DNA from: an uncultured Acidobacteriaceae bacterium
GTDB lineage: Bacteria > Acidobacteriota > Terriglobia > Terriglobales > Acidobacteriaceae
NCBI GenBank assembly: GCA_963703635.1
Contig: CAVPEZ010000029.1
Location: 3,311 to 67,310 of the forward strand
Reading direction: 5' to 3'
Length of the DNA stretch: 64,000 bases
The stretch's first letter is position 1; each line of letters opens with the position of its first letter. The notes beneath the pieces are model-generated. The model searched no databases. It was not told the origin of the DNA and saw only the letters and a program-made list of their open reading frames with translations. The translations under genes and the position numbers were made by a program. Positions 26,785 through 35,948 of this stretch are shown one piece after another.

Positions 26785-29766
26785 ATGACCACCCGTCCCA
26801 TCATCGAGCCCCTACTCGATGCAGAGGCGCGCCTCGAAGGCTTCGACAACCTGATGCCCTTCAAGGTCCAGAACATTCTTCTCGTCTCCAGCCTCTACGA
26901 TTCCTTCATCCTTCGTGAGGATGGACGCCTCAACGAACTGCTGATCGACGAATCGCTCGAACTGAACCTGCAGCAAATTCCCGGCATTACCCATGTTTCG
27001 AGCTGCGCCGAGGCGCTGGACCTGGCGCGTTCGCAGCCGCGCTTCAACCTGATCGTCACCAACCTTGCCGTCGGCGACATGACTGCTGCGGAACTGGCGC
27101 GCGAGGTCAAGAGTTCCGGTCTTGACGTCCCTGTGGTTGTTCTGGCCTACGATTACCGCGCCATCAAGAACTTTATCAGCAAGAATCCGGTCACCGATAT
27201 CGAGCGCATCTTCCTCTGGCAAGGCAATGCGCGCATCCTGATCGCCATCGTCAAGTACATCGAGGATAAGCGCAACGTCCTGCACGATACGCGCGCCATG
27301 GGAGTGCCCGTGCTGCTGGTAGTGGAAGACAACATCCGGTACTACTCGTCGTTCCTGCCAGTGATGTACACCGAGTTGATCAAGCAGTCGCGGCGCGTCA
27401 TTCACGAAGGCATCAACGTTGCTCACAAGCTGGTGCGGATGCAGGCGCGCCCAAAAATTCTGTTGGCTTCGAACTTCGAGGATGCGGCCCAGTTGGTGCA
27501 GGAGTATCGCGATTACCTGATCGGCCTGGTGTCGGACGTGGAGTTTCCGTGGGAGGGCGAACTCAGCCCAGAGGCTGGCTTCGAACTCGCCCGCCTGATG
27601 AAAGCGCTGGTGCCGGATGTGCCCGTAGTCCTGCAGACCGGCCGCACAGAGTTTCGCCCTCGCGCTCTCGCAGAGGGGTATTCGTTTCTGCGAAAACGTT
27701 CGCCCACATTGCTGCAAGATTTGCGCCGGATTCTCACCGAGCAGTTTGGTTTCGGCGATTTTGTATTTCGTCTGCCCGACCTGAAAGAAGTAGCCCGCGC
27801 GACCGATTTGAATGAACTCGAAGAACAACTGCAAACGGTTCCCGCCGAAAGCCTTACTTACCACGCCCAAAGCAACCACTTTTCTCATTGGCTGATGGCG
27901 CGAACGGAATTCGCTTTGGCTGCCAAGCTGCGACCGCGCAAGGTTTCGGATTACGCGAGCCCTGAGCACCTGCGCCTCAACCTGATCGAATCGATCAACG
28001 ACTACCGCCGCGAACAGAGCGAGTTGCTCATCGGCGACTTTAACGCCGAAACGTTCAAGCCTTCGGAAACCAGTTTTCTGCGGATCGGCGCGGGATCGCT
28101 GGGCGGCAAAGCGCGCGGGCTAGCCTTTGTGCGCCACCTGCTGCGGAAGAACCGCATCACGAAGCGCTTTCCCGGCATCCGCATCGCTGTGCCCCCCGCT
28201 CTGGTTCTGGCTACGGATGCATTCGATCAATTCATGGCGGAGAACAGCCTGCTCGATTTCGCCTTGCAATGTGAGAACGATGCCGAAATTCTACACAGGT
28301 TCCTCTCTGCTCCGCTCTCTGCCGAGTTGCAGGAAAACTTGAAAGTATTTCTCGCGGAGGTGACATACGCTCTCGCCGTGCGCTCTTCAAGCCTGCTCGA
28401 AGACTCGCAATACCAGCCTTTTACCGGTGTGTATGAAACCTTCATGCTGGGCAATCAGCAGGCTGATCCCGCGGCGCGGGTTGCGGAATTAATCGACGCC
28501 ATCAAGCGCGTTTATGCCTCAACCTTCAGCCGCCATGCCAAGGCGTATGTGCGAGCCACTCCTTACCGCCTCGAAGAAGAAAAGATGGCGGTGATCGTGC
28601 AGCAGCTCGTTGGCAGCGTACACGGCCAACGTTTCTATCCGGACTTTTCGGGCGTTGTGAGATCGCACAATTTCTATCCCGTGCCGCCGATGACGTTCGC
28701 CGATGGCATTGCCGCCGTGGCTCTGGGACTTGGCCGGGCCGTGGTCGACGGCGGCAAGTGCCTTGCCTTCTGCCCACGTTATCCGCAGAGTCTGCTGCAA
28801 TTCTCGTCGGTGGATGACATACTGGCGAACTCGCAAACCGAATTCTGGGCGCTTGCCTTAGATGGCGTTCCGCAGGGCCGTCCGGGACATCTGCACGAGA
28901 TGCGCTTCGGCCTTGATGTAGCCGAGACCGACGGCACGCTGCCCGCCGTCGGTTCCACCTATTCCGTCGACAACCAGGCGGTGTATGACGGCGTGAGCCG
29001 CCCCGGAATCCGCATTGTGAGTTTCGCGCCGATGCTCAAACACGGGCTGTTTCCGTTGCCCACGATTCTCGAAACCCTGGTAAAAGCTGGCGAAGATGCC
29101 CTGGGCATTCCCGTGGAACTCGAGTTTGCGGTTCGCCTGCCCCGGCGCGCGGGCGAGGCAGCGGAGTTTGGCTTCCTGCAGATTCGTCCGCTGACCCTTT
29201 CGCGCGATCACCAGGATTTATCGCTCGACAGCGTGGATCCGCAGCGCTTGCTTTGCCAAAGCAGCAAGGTTCTGGGCAACGGACGCATCGAGAACTTGTA
29301 TGACCTTGTCGTCGTCGACTCGCAGCGCTTCGAGCGCAGCCGCAGTCAGGAAGTCGCGAAGGCAGTTGCCCACTTCAACGGCTTGCTCGGCGCCGAGAAC
29401 CGCCCATATCTGCTGATTGGAGTCGGGCGTTGGGGATCGAACGATCCGTGGCTCGGTATTCCGGTGGAGTGGGACGAGATTTCCGGCGCGCGCGTCATCG
29501 TCGAAGCCGGCTTCCGCGACTTTCGCGTCATGCCTTCGCAAGGCAGCCATTTCTTCCAGAATCTCACTGCATTCCAGATCGGCTACTTCACGGTGAATCC
29601 CGATGCCGGCGAAGGCTCGGTGGACTGGGAGTGGCTGAGCCAGCAGCCTGCGATAGACGAAGACGGATGCGTCCGGCACCTGCGCTTCGACGCGCCGCTG
29701 CGCGTGATCATGAACAGCCGGCAAAGTCAGGGCATCATTCTCAAGCCGGAAGCGGCGGCAGTTTAG
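26785..29766 (+). CDS. receiver-domain protein with a PEP/pyruvate-binding (PPDK_N / ATP-grasp-like) output domain
   Basis: The first N-terminal receiver-like domain has Asn where the phospho-Asp is expected (FNLIVTNLAVGDM). The second receiver looks canonical (LLVVEDN...LIGLVSDVEFP). The central block LRIGAGSLGGKARGLAFV...LAVRSSSLLEDS... is typical of the PEP/pyruvate-binding domain of PPDK/PEP synthase. I saw no swivelling phospho-His domain and no TIM-barrel domain. Confidence 0.75.
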   Translation: MTTRPIIEPLLDAEARLEGFDNLMPFKVQNILLVSSLYDSFILREDGRLNELLIDESLELNLQQIPGITHVSSCAEALDLARSQPRFNLIVTNLAVGDMTAAELAREVKSSGLDVPVVVLAYDYRAIKNFISKNPVTDIERIFLWQGNARILIAIVKYIEDKRNVLHDTRAMGVPVLLVVEDNIRYYSSFLPVMYTELIKQSRRVIHEGINVAHKLVRMQARPKILLASNFEDAAQLVQEYRDYLIGLVSDVEFPWEGELSPEAGFELARLMKALVPDVPVVLQTGRTEFRPRALAEGYSFLRKRSPTLLQDLRRILTEQFGFGDFVFRLPDLKEVARATDLNELEEQLQTVPAESLTYHAQSNHFSHWLMARTEFALAAKLRPRKVSDYASPEHLRLNLIESINDYRREQSELLIGDFNAETFKPSETSFLRIGAGSLGGKARGLAFVRHLLRKNRITKRFPGIRIAVPPALVLATDAFDQFMAENSLLDFALQCENDAEILHRFLSAPLSAELQENLKVFLAEVTYALAVRSSSLLEDSQYQPFTGVYETFMLGNQQADPAARVAELIDAIKRVYASTFSRHAKAYVRATPYRLEEEKMAVIVQQLVGSVHGQRFYPDFSGVVRSHNFYPVPPMTFADGIAAVALGLGRAVVDGGKCLAFCPRYPQSLLQFSSVDDILANSQTEFWALALDGVPQGRPGHLHEMRFGLDVAETDGTLPAVGSTYSVDNQAVYDGVSRPGIRIVSFAPMLKHGLFPLPTILETLVKAGEDALGIPVELEFAVRLPRRAGEAAEFGFLQIRPLTLSRDHQDLSLDSVDPQRLLCQSSKVLGNGRIENLYDLVVVDSQRFERSRSQEVAKAVAHFNGLLGAENRPYLLIGVGRWGSNDPWLGIPVEWDEISGARVIVEAGFRDFRVMPSQGSHFFQNLTAFQIGYFTVNPDAGEGSVDWEWLSQQPAIDEDGCVRHLRFDAPLRVIMNSRQSQGIILKPEAAAV

Positions 29767-30653
29767 GGCTTCGTGCCGCCAGCCTGGCTCAAATCGGCGC
29801 TGTGCTTGTGGTTCATCTTGCGGTGGATGTCAGGCCAGAACTCTTTCACCACGATCGTGATGGTGTCATATCCGACTTGCGACCCCCAAACGCTGAGGGT
29901 GTTCGGCAATGTGCGATCGGACCCATTGTGAATATAGGTCAACATGCCCGTGGCCGGGTTGTAATGAGTCGTAATGAAAGATCGGGGATGGTATGTGTTG
30001 GTGGAGATCGCGGCTGCCAAAGCGCTGCCGACAACTTCAGAATAGTTGAATTGTGTGCGGCCGGAATCGGTGCGGGTGATAAAGATTCGGCTTATCGCGT
30101 AACCGGTGCGGTGCGTGAACCCACCTTCGCTGGACTGGAAAAATCGCGGATCCTGATGCAGAATTGACGGCAGAACCGCGCTCGTCAAGAAGTTTTCGAT
30201 GGTCCCATCCGCAAAGGCCGATCCGTAGCGTTTGGCGTAACCTTCCCAGCCCTGACCGTAACCAGGCTCGCTATTTTCCGCTTGGCTGATGCCCGCCAGA
30301 AATCCGTACCAAGGAAATTCAATCTTGTCGAATGAACCCAGGGCCACGACTTTGAATTTCTGTGCGGTGGTAAGAGGCGGCACTTGGCCGGCGTTCTCAA
30401 GGGTCAGGAAATTAGGCAACGCCAGGAAAAGCCGGTCATTCGATGTTCCTGCAACTCTCCCCTGACCGCTTGCAGCTTTCGCGTCCTTATCTTTGGTGTC
30501 TTTGCCGTCTTTGCCCTTGCCCGATGAAGATTGCGGCGCGGTGGAAGGCGCAGGGTTCGCAGGCGGCGGAGTCTGTTGAGCCGCTGATGGATAGGAAAGA
30601 AAAATTGCAAGTAAAACAACAGAAAACAGGCGGGCCACGAACTTTATGGACAA
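29763..30653 (-). CDS. secreted hypothetical protein with a low-complexity N-terminal region
   Basis: Signal peptide (M)SIKFVARLFSVVLLAIFLSYPSAAQ if TTG at 30653 is used, with GGGGAG 6 nt upstream. The ORF stays open to 30686. A Pro/Lys/Asp-rich linker is followed by a conserved-looking globular part (…GWEGYAKRYGSAFADGTIENFLTSAVLPSILHQDPRFF…). Confidence 0.6.
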   Translation of the reverse strand: MSIKFVARLFSVVLLAIFLSYPSAAQQTPPPANPAPSTAPQSSSGKGKDGKDTKDKDAKAASGQGRVAGTSNDRLFLALPNFLTLENAGQVPPLTTAQKFKVVALGSFDKIEFPWYGFLAGISQAENSEPGYGQGWEGYAKRYGSAFADGTIENFLTSAVLPSILHQDPRFFQSSEGGFTHRTGYAISRIFITRTDSGRTQFNYSEVVGSALAAAISTNTYHPRSFITTHYNPATGMLTYIHNGSDRTLPNTLSVWGSQVGYDTITIVVKEFWPDIHRKMNHKHSADLSQAGGTKP

Positions 30654-30818
30654 GCATTTCTCCCCAAAAAAGATTCCCACTATCACGGAAGGGCGGTACC
30701 GTCATTCTAACAGTCAACGACCCGTATCTCCGATGATCGCCGCACTTTTACATTGCTTTACATAGCCTCAACCGAGCCCAACCCATACGCCGAAGGCCAT
30801 GTCGATATAATTCGGGTG

Positions 30819-31436
30819 ATGGTTTCTGTTCCCCATGTTCCGGTGCAAGACCCGATCCGTCGCGTCCGACGCATCCAAGCCATTACCATCGTCTGGATGA
30901 GCGTCGAGGCGGGAGTGTCACTATCGGCGGCATGGACAGCCCGCAGCCCTGCGCTTGTAGCTTTCGGCGGGGACAGTGCCGTCGAGCTTCTCTCCGCTGC
31001 GGTCGTCTTGTGGAGGTTTGGCTCCCGCGACGCACCGGAGCGTGCTGAGAAGAATGCGTCTTACTTTGCTGGAGTGCTGTTGTTCGTGCTGGCCGCTTTT
31101 GTTGTCGCCGCGTCGATTGTGAGCATCTTGGGATACGGCGAACCCAAACCGAGCTTCCTGGGGATCGGGGTTCTGACGGCAGCAGCGGCAATCATGCCAT
31201 GGCTGGCCTTGGAGAAGCGCAAGCTCTCGGCTGCCACGGGCAGCGCATCCCTTAGGGCGGACGCTGCTGAATCAGCGCTATGCGCCTATCTCTCGCTTGT
31301 CGCTTTGGCGGGACTTGCTGCGAATACGATCTGGCATGTCCCGTGGGCTGACCCTCTCGCGGCCCTGCTGGTTGCTCCTCTTATCGTCATCGAGGGCCGC
31401 AAGGCAATACGAGGACAACCTTGCGGCTGTTGTTGA
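30819..31436 (+). CDS. cation transporter, CDF-like transmembrane domain only, C-terminal CGCC
   Basis: RRVRRIQAITIVWMSVEAGVSLSAAWTARSPALVAFGGDSAVELLSA resembles TM1-2 of cation diffusion facilitators. There are about 5-6 TM helices and no cytoplasmic CTD. It ends ...GQPCGCC. The ORF stays open from the TTG at 30753. Confidence 0.55.
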   Translation: MVSVPHVPVQDPIRRVRRIQAITIVWMSVEAGVSLSAAWTARSPALVAFGGDSAVELLSAAVVLWRFGSRDAPERAEKNASYFAGVLLFVLAAFVVAASIVSILGYGEPKPSFLGIGVLTAAAAIMPWLALEKRKLSAATGSASLRADAAESALCAYLSLVALAGLAANTIWHVPWADPLAALLVAPLIVIEGRKAIRGQPCGCC

Positions 31437-31525
31437 TATCCGACGACGAAGTTTACCCGCGGCCTCTCACCGCCTGGAAGGGAAGGCGGCCAACCGCCGC
31501 CTTCCTCCGCAGTCGATTTGCACTG

Positions 31526-31627
31526 CTAGAAATGGAAACCGATCTCCGCCGTAAGCGAACACGGCGTGACATAGTGCGTGCCGCTGAAAGTTGCACTGGC
31601 GCAGTTGGCAGGCATCTCGGCATTCGG
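31526..31627 (-). pseudogene. 3'-terminal fragment of a TonB-dependent receptor paralogue
   Basis: Encodes ...ANCASATFSGTHYVTPCSLTAEIGFHF*. The intact receptor ends ...LSTFSGTHYVTPRSLTGEIGFHF*. The last 68 nt of DNA match 32381-32448 with 7 mismatches by hand alignment. An in-frame TGA lies 33 codons upstream of the stop. Confidence 0.65.
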
Positions 31628-31745
31628 TCAATGAGTACAACCGCAACACTTACATCTATTGGTGAAGGCAATCGGTGTTGAGTCAGTTTGAAGTGTGGAG
31701 GCGTTGGGAATCATTCCATCACGCGAGCCTGACACAAACAGAGCC

Positions 31746-32255
31746 TTATGGGATCGCTATCAGCAGGCCGCCGCTTATTCCGAGCGATTGCTCATGCCCT
31801 CGCCCAAAGTTGTACTCGTATCCCGGTTCGAGGTACCAACCGAATCTATGCTTCGCCGAGGGCCAGAACATAAAATCCAGCACTCCTTCACCGCTGATGC
31901 AGTTCGTTGTCATGCTGAATTGCTTCGTACGAACCCACTCCGGCCCAACTCCCAACATGAACTCCACTTTTTTCGACAGCGTCCAAGGCTTCTTGAAAAG
32001 AAGGTCGATGTTAATTTCTGTCGAGTGGCGCGTGAAAAGTGGGGTAACTCCTGCCTCAAGTTCCAGCCAGTGCTCGATGGGTGTAACTTCAACCGCGACG
32101 GTGGGGCCGATGGTCGATCCGCCGCCTTTGACGTTCCAATTAGCAGATCCCCCAAGCTCCACAACTGCTGCAGGCTCCTTGTCGACCGACTGGGCGAAGG
32201 CGTTTCGCGCCCAGAGAAACAAAGATGCTGCCAAAATGCGTCTGGCCGAGTTCAC
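31746..32255 (-). CDS. secreted hypothetical protein, possibly a small beta-barrel
   Basis: GTG at 32255 with GAGAGGG upstream gives the signal peptide (M)NSARRILAASLFLWARNAFA-Q. The mature part has alternating hydrophobic/polar strands (…GVTPLFTRHSTEINIDLLFKKPW…GWYLEPGYEYNFG…). The ORF stays open to 32303. Confidence 0.55.
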   Translation of the reverse strand: MNSARRILAASLFLWARNAFAQSVDKEPAAVVELGGSANWNVKGGGSTIGPTVAVEVTPIEHWLELEAGVTPLFTRHSTEINIDLLFKKPWTLSKKVEFMLGVGPEWVRTKQFSMTTNCISGEGVLDFMFWPSAKHRFGWYLEPGYEYNFGRGHEQSLGISGGLLIAIP

Positions 32256-32380
32256 TGTATACCCTCTCACAGTGGCAACGACCTGCGCCACTAAGAACCA
32301 CACAGCCTCAACTGCCGTCTAGTTTTAAAGGAGGGCAGTACGGTTTCGAATCGTACTGCCCTCACTGACCGGGATCATTA

Positions 32381-35101
32381 CTAGAAATGAAACCCGATTT
32401 CCCCCGTAAGCGAGCGCGGCGTGACATAGTGCGTGCCGCTGAAGGTTGAGAGAAAGTTGTAAAGGGCATACTTGTTCGTCACGTTGATGGCAGTCAATTG
32501 CAGACTGACTTTGTACTTATCGCCGTGGAACAGGTTGTCATGTCCGACGGCGATGTCGAAAAGATGACGAGAAGCAATCCGCGGTGGATTTTTGTCGTCA
32601 TCTTCCTTTCCGGGCGCCGGTACCTGCAATAGAGTAGACCCGAACTGGCTCACCGGGCAGGCCAGGGGTTGCCCTGGACCAACACTCATCCCGATGGCCG
32701 TGGTCGGCGTGGCGCGCTGCGTCCCGCAGAATAAGCCGGACTCGAACTCCTGATCGGCGGTCAGAGGAGTTCCGAACGAATCGGTCAGGCTGATATAGTC
32801 CGTTCCTCCTACCGTTATCCCCTGGGCGCAATTGCCGCCGAAGCAAGGGGTTTGTCCGGCCACCAGCCCGCTGTCATAGCGCCAGTTAAAGCCGAACCAT
32901 GGGCCCAGCTTCCACGGCTGATACTGAAAGTGTGTGGTTAGATTGAATTTTTCGTCGTGATCGATGCGGAAGGGAGTGGAGGTACTTGAACTTACCGCCA
33001 CGGCAGGCACCGCTCCCGCTCCGCCGAGTTGGGGGGTGAAGAAGCGCGCTGCCACGCTGGAGAAAACCGCCAGCGCCGAGAATCCATGGAAGTTGGGCAC
33101 GCTCACGCGGCCCGCGTATCCCGGGATCTTGGATCGGTCCCACTCGATCGGGAACGTGATCGGGGTGTTGCCGAGAATGCTGAAGTCATAGGCGTTATGC
33201 GTGTATTTCCAGATGTACTCGCCCGAGAATACAAGATAGCGTCCGAAAGCCTGCTGAATGCCAGCGTGAAACTCATTCCGCCATCCCGTATCAAACGGTG
33301 TGAGACCAGACACCGTGCAGCCGAGCAGCGGATTCAAAACGTCGTTAGCGCAGCCGATGCTGGAAAGGACAAGGTTTTCGTTGAACGGAGTTTCGAGTGT
33401 CCGAGCATACGATATGCGGAGAACGGTGTTCGTCCGCTTGATGTTATAGGCAACTCCGACACGCGGCTGGGCTTCCTTGTGCGTTGTTAGGCCGTTGTAG
33501 AAATCGCCTCGCAAGCCAAGATTTAAAGACCAGTTTCCTTTGATGATGTTGTCTTGCACATACAACGCGAGTTCCTTCACGTCGGTGTGGCCATTGAAGG
33601 TGTAGAAGCTGCCGCCGGTTGTCAGATCGTAGGGCGGCAGAACGGCGCATGGATCGGGCGGAGGATTTCCGTTCGGGCAGCCGAGACTCGGAAGGAACGT
33701 GGGATCGATAATGCCGAGAGTATCCTGCTCATCGAGGAATGTCTGCTGGTAGACCGTCCCGAGCTTTAGGTTGTGAATCCCCTTTACGTAGGAAAGATCC
33801 GACCGCAAGCCTGCATTGGTCAGCTTCCGATTCTGTCCCACGGTTTCTCTTTGCAGATTCGTTGGCCCCAAATCGGCGAAGGGATTGCCGCTGGGATAGT
33901 AGTTGTATTGGTCGCGTCGAACAAAAGCGCCCAGAGTGAACACCATGGTGGGACTGAGCAAGCGGGTCCACGAGGGCGCGATGTTGAAGGTCTTGATCTG
34001 CGAACGCTGGTCCGCTGGGCCGACGACGTTGCCGTTGGGGTCGAGCCCCCCGTTGCAAATCACGACGCAATTCCACGCTGTCGCATCCTGGGTATCGAAT
34101 GTATTCGGCGTCTGAAACCAGGAACGCGTATAACCGAAGTTGAGGTGAATCGAATCGGCGCTGGTCAACTGGTAGTCCACGCGATCGAAGAGATTCTCTT
34201 CATTACCTTTGTCGTGCATCACCGCGAATTCCGGTGGATCAAGGAAGCGGCCGCTATTCAGTCCGCCCACAGAAACGAAATTTCCCCAGTTCTTGCCCCC
34301 ATAAGCCAGGTCGGCCACCAAGTTCGAGGTTCCAAACGACCCATAGGAAGCGGTCACGCTACCATGGGGTGTAGTTACGCCTTGGCCAGAGCGTGTGGTT
34401 GCTACAACCACAAGGCTGGTCTTGCCTCCGAATTCCGCAGGCGGGGCACCCGAGATCACTTCCAGCGATTCGATCGAGCCGAGGGGAAACTGGTTGGAGA
34501 AGACTTTGCTTTGCTGGTCCGTAATCGGCTGGCCATCGATGTTAAACGAGTTCTCCGCGTGGTCGCCCAAGCCGTGGAAGAGGCCATTAGAATCCGCAGC
34601 CACCCCCGGAGATGCGAGAGTCACCAGCGAACTCAGCGACGAAGACGCGCTTTCCAACGGGAGCTTGTCGAACAACGCTCTGTCTATGTCGGTGTGGAAG
34701 GTCGGGTCATTTTCCACCAAATCGGAGGCTTCCGCCTCGACCGTTACGCTCTGGGAAACTCCGACCTTTAGGTTAATCTTGAGGTCCAGAGGCACGCCTG
34801 ATCGAACCTCGACGTCCTGAGCGTAGGCAGCAAACCCCTGCATCGCCGTGCTTAAATGGTAAGGATTGAATGGAACGTTGGCGAAGTTGAACTTCCCAGT
34901 GCCGTCTGTTGTGGTGGACCGGTCAAAGTGGCTGACCGGGTTATGGATTTCAACCGTGGCATTGGGAACTACGGCGCCGGTAGGATCGACCACTGTGCCA
35001 CTGATGGATGCTGAGTTGGATTGTCCGTAGGCGAGATTGACGGCTAGGCAGAGCAACGCGGCAAGAATGGCGACGACCGACTGCTTGTATGAAATACGCA
35101 T
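32381..35101 (-). CDS. TonB-dependent receptor with an N-terminal carboxypeptidase-regulatory-like domain
   Basis: Signal peptide, then SGTVVDPTGAVVPNATVEIHNPVSHFDRSTTTDGTGKFNFANVPFNPYHL (CarboxypepD_reg). A plug-like region follows, then a long beta-barrel ending in the aromatic terminal ...GFHF. Confidence 0.9.
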   Translation of the reverse strand: MRISYKQSVVAILAALLCLAVNLAYGQSNSASISGTVVDPTGAVVPNATVEIHNPVSHFDRSTTTDGTGKFNFANVPFNPYHLSTAMQGFAAYAQDVEVRSGVPLDLKINLKVGVSQSVTVEAEASDLVENDPTFHTDIDRALFDKLPLESASSSLSSLVTLASPGVAADSNGLFHGLGDHAENSFNIDGQPITDQQSKVFSNQFPLGSIESLEVISGAPPAEFGGKTSLVVVATTRSGQGVTTPHGSVTASYGSFGTSNLVADLAYGGKNWGNFVSVGGLNSGRFLDPPEFAVMHDKGNEENLFDRVDYQLTSADSIHLNFGYTRSWFQTPNTFDTQDATAWNCVVICNGGLDPNGNVVGPADQRSQIKTFNIAPSWTRLLSPTMVFTLGAFVRRDQYNYYPSGNPFADLGPTNLQRETVGQNRKLTNAGLRSDLSYVKGIHNLKLGTVYQQTFLDEQDTLGIIDPTFLPSLGCPNGNPPPDPCAVLPPYDLTTGGSFYTFNGHTDVKELALYVQDNIIKGNWSLNLGLRGDFYNGLTTHKEAQPRVGVAYNIKRTNTVLRISYARTLETPFNENLVLSSIGCANDVLNPLLGCTVSGLTPFDTGWRNEFHAGIQQAFGRYLVFSGEYIWKYTHNAYDFSILGNTPITFPIEWDRSKIPGYAGRVSVPNFHGFSALAVFSSVAARFFTPQLGGAGAVPAVAVSSSTSTPFRIDHDEKFNLTTHFQYQPWKLGPWFGFNWRYDSGLVAGQTPCFGGNCAQGITVGGTDYISLTDSFGTPLTADQEFESGLFCGTQRATPTTAIGMSVGPGQPLACPVSQFGSTLLQVPAPGKEDDDKNPPRIASRHLFDIAVGHDNLFHGDKYKVSLQLTAINVTNKYALYNFLSTFSGTHYVTPRSLTGEIGFHF

Positions 35102-35175
35102 GAGTCCTCCTGGACGAAGTCAAGAAAAAGGGATTCGACCGGCATGGATGCCGGAGTTTCGTTGTTTAGGAATCC

Positions 35176-35445
35176 CTAGACGGCAGGAGGACCGCGAATG
35201 CCAAGGTCAAAAACGCTGAGCCGGGCCTCGGCGATAACGGCTTCTTCTTGCAGAAGCCCGATCGCCTCGAAGACTGGCCGAGCATGATTGCAACTGGCTG
35301 TGGGCGCGGTGGTATGGGCCGCCACGCAGATGGAGCAGGAGTCGGATTCGGTCTTGTTCGGGTGGTTGTGAGTAGACTCCGCCACCGCTGTCCACAACAT
35401 CAAGGACAGGCAGAGCCATGTCAACCATCGGCCAGTAAACCGCAT
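35176..35445 (-). CDS. small exported His/Cys-motif protein (DUF2946-like by motif only)
   Basis: MRFTGRWLTWLCLSLMLWTAVAESTHNHPNKTESDSCSICVAAH... has a signal/anchor helix followed by HNH and CxxC motifs. AGGA lies 5 nt upstream of the ATG at 35445. The ORF stays open to 35526. Confidence 0.5.
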   Translation of the reverse strand: MRFTGRWLTWLCLSLMLWTAVAESTHNHPNKTESDSCSICVAAHTTAPTASCNHARPVFEAIGLLQEEAVIAEARLSVFDLGIRGPPAV

Positions 35446-35546
35446 ACGTTCCTGCATTGGGCTGATGCCCTTTAGCTTATATCGGTTGTATGCCACAAGG
35501 CAATGCCGGGGCAGGGACATCTTCAAAACTGGAAAAAACCAAAGTC

Positions 35547-35936
35547 TCAGCGCGCAAACGGGCTCAACCTATTCCCCTGAAATTCCCGGGGCAGGGCTAA
35601 GATCTCGCCCGCATCTCTGCAGCGTACGGCCCATTCTAGAAGGTTGCAGTATTGCTCAAACTTGCCGATATTTCCCAACCATTCGGTGCCGGACGAGCTT
35701 GTGATCACAACCACATTGGGCATGTCGCAGGGCCCAACACATCCGCTGATGGTCAACTGAACCCGCTTCAGCAGTCCCCGCTTTCGCCATTCGCTCTTGA
35801 GCCACTCTACCGGCACTTCGGGCAATCCACGCTCCGTATTGCCGCAACCGCATCCGCGGCAGATCGTAATCTGCCCTACTACCAGGCGCTTCGTTTTGAG
35901 TGGACAATCGTCCTGCCCGTGCACGATGCTCGGCAA
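35547..35936 (-). CDS. thioredoxin-like [2Fe-2S] ferredoxin family protein
   Basis: Cys pattern ...ICRGCGCG...(40 aa)...SGCVGPCD..., a C-x3-C pair typical of thioredoxin-like ferredoxins. TTG start 12 nt after the ATPase stop, with GGAGAG upstream. Confidence 0.6.
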   Translation of the reverse strand: MPSIVHGQDDCPLKTKRLVVGQITICRGCGCGNTERGLPEVPVEWLKSEWRKRGLLKRVQLTISGCVGPCDMPNVVVITSSSGTEWLGNIGKFEQYCNLLEWAVRCRDAGEILALPREFQGNRLSPFAR

Positions 35937-35948
35937 GTTGACTCTCCG

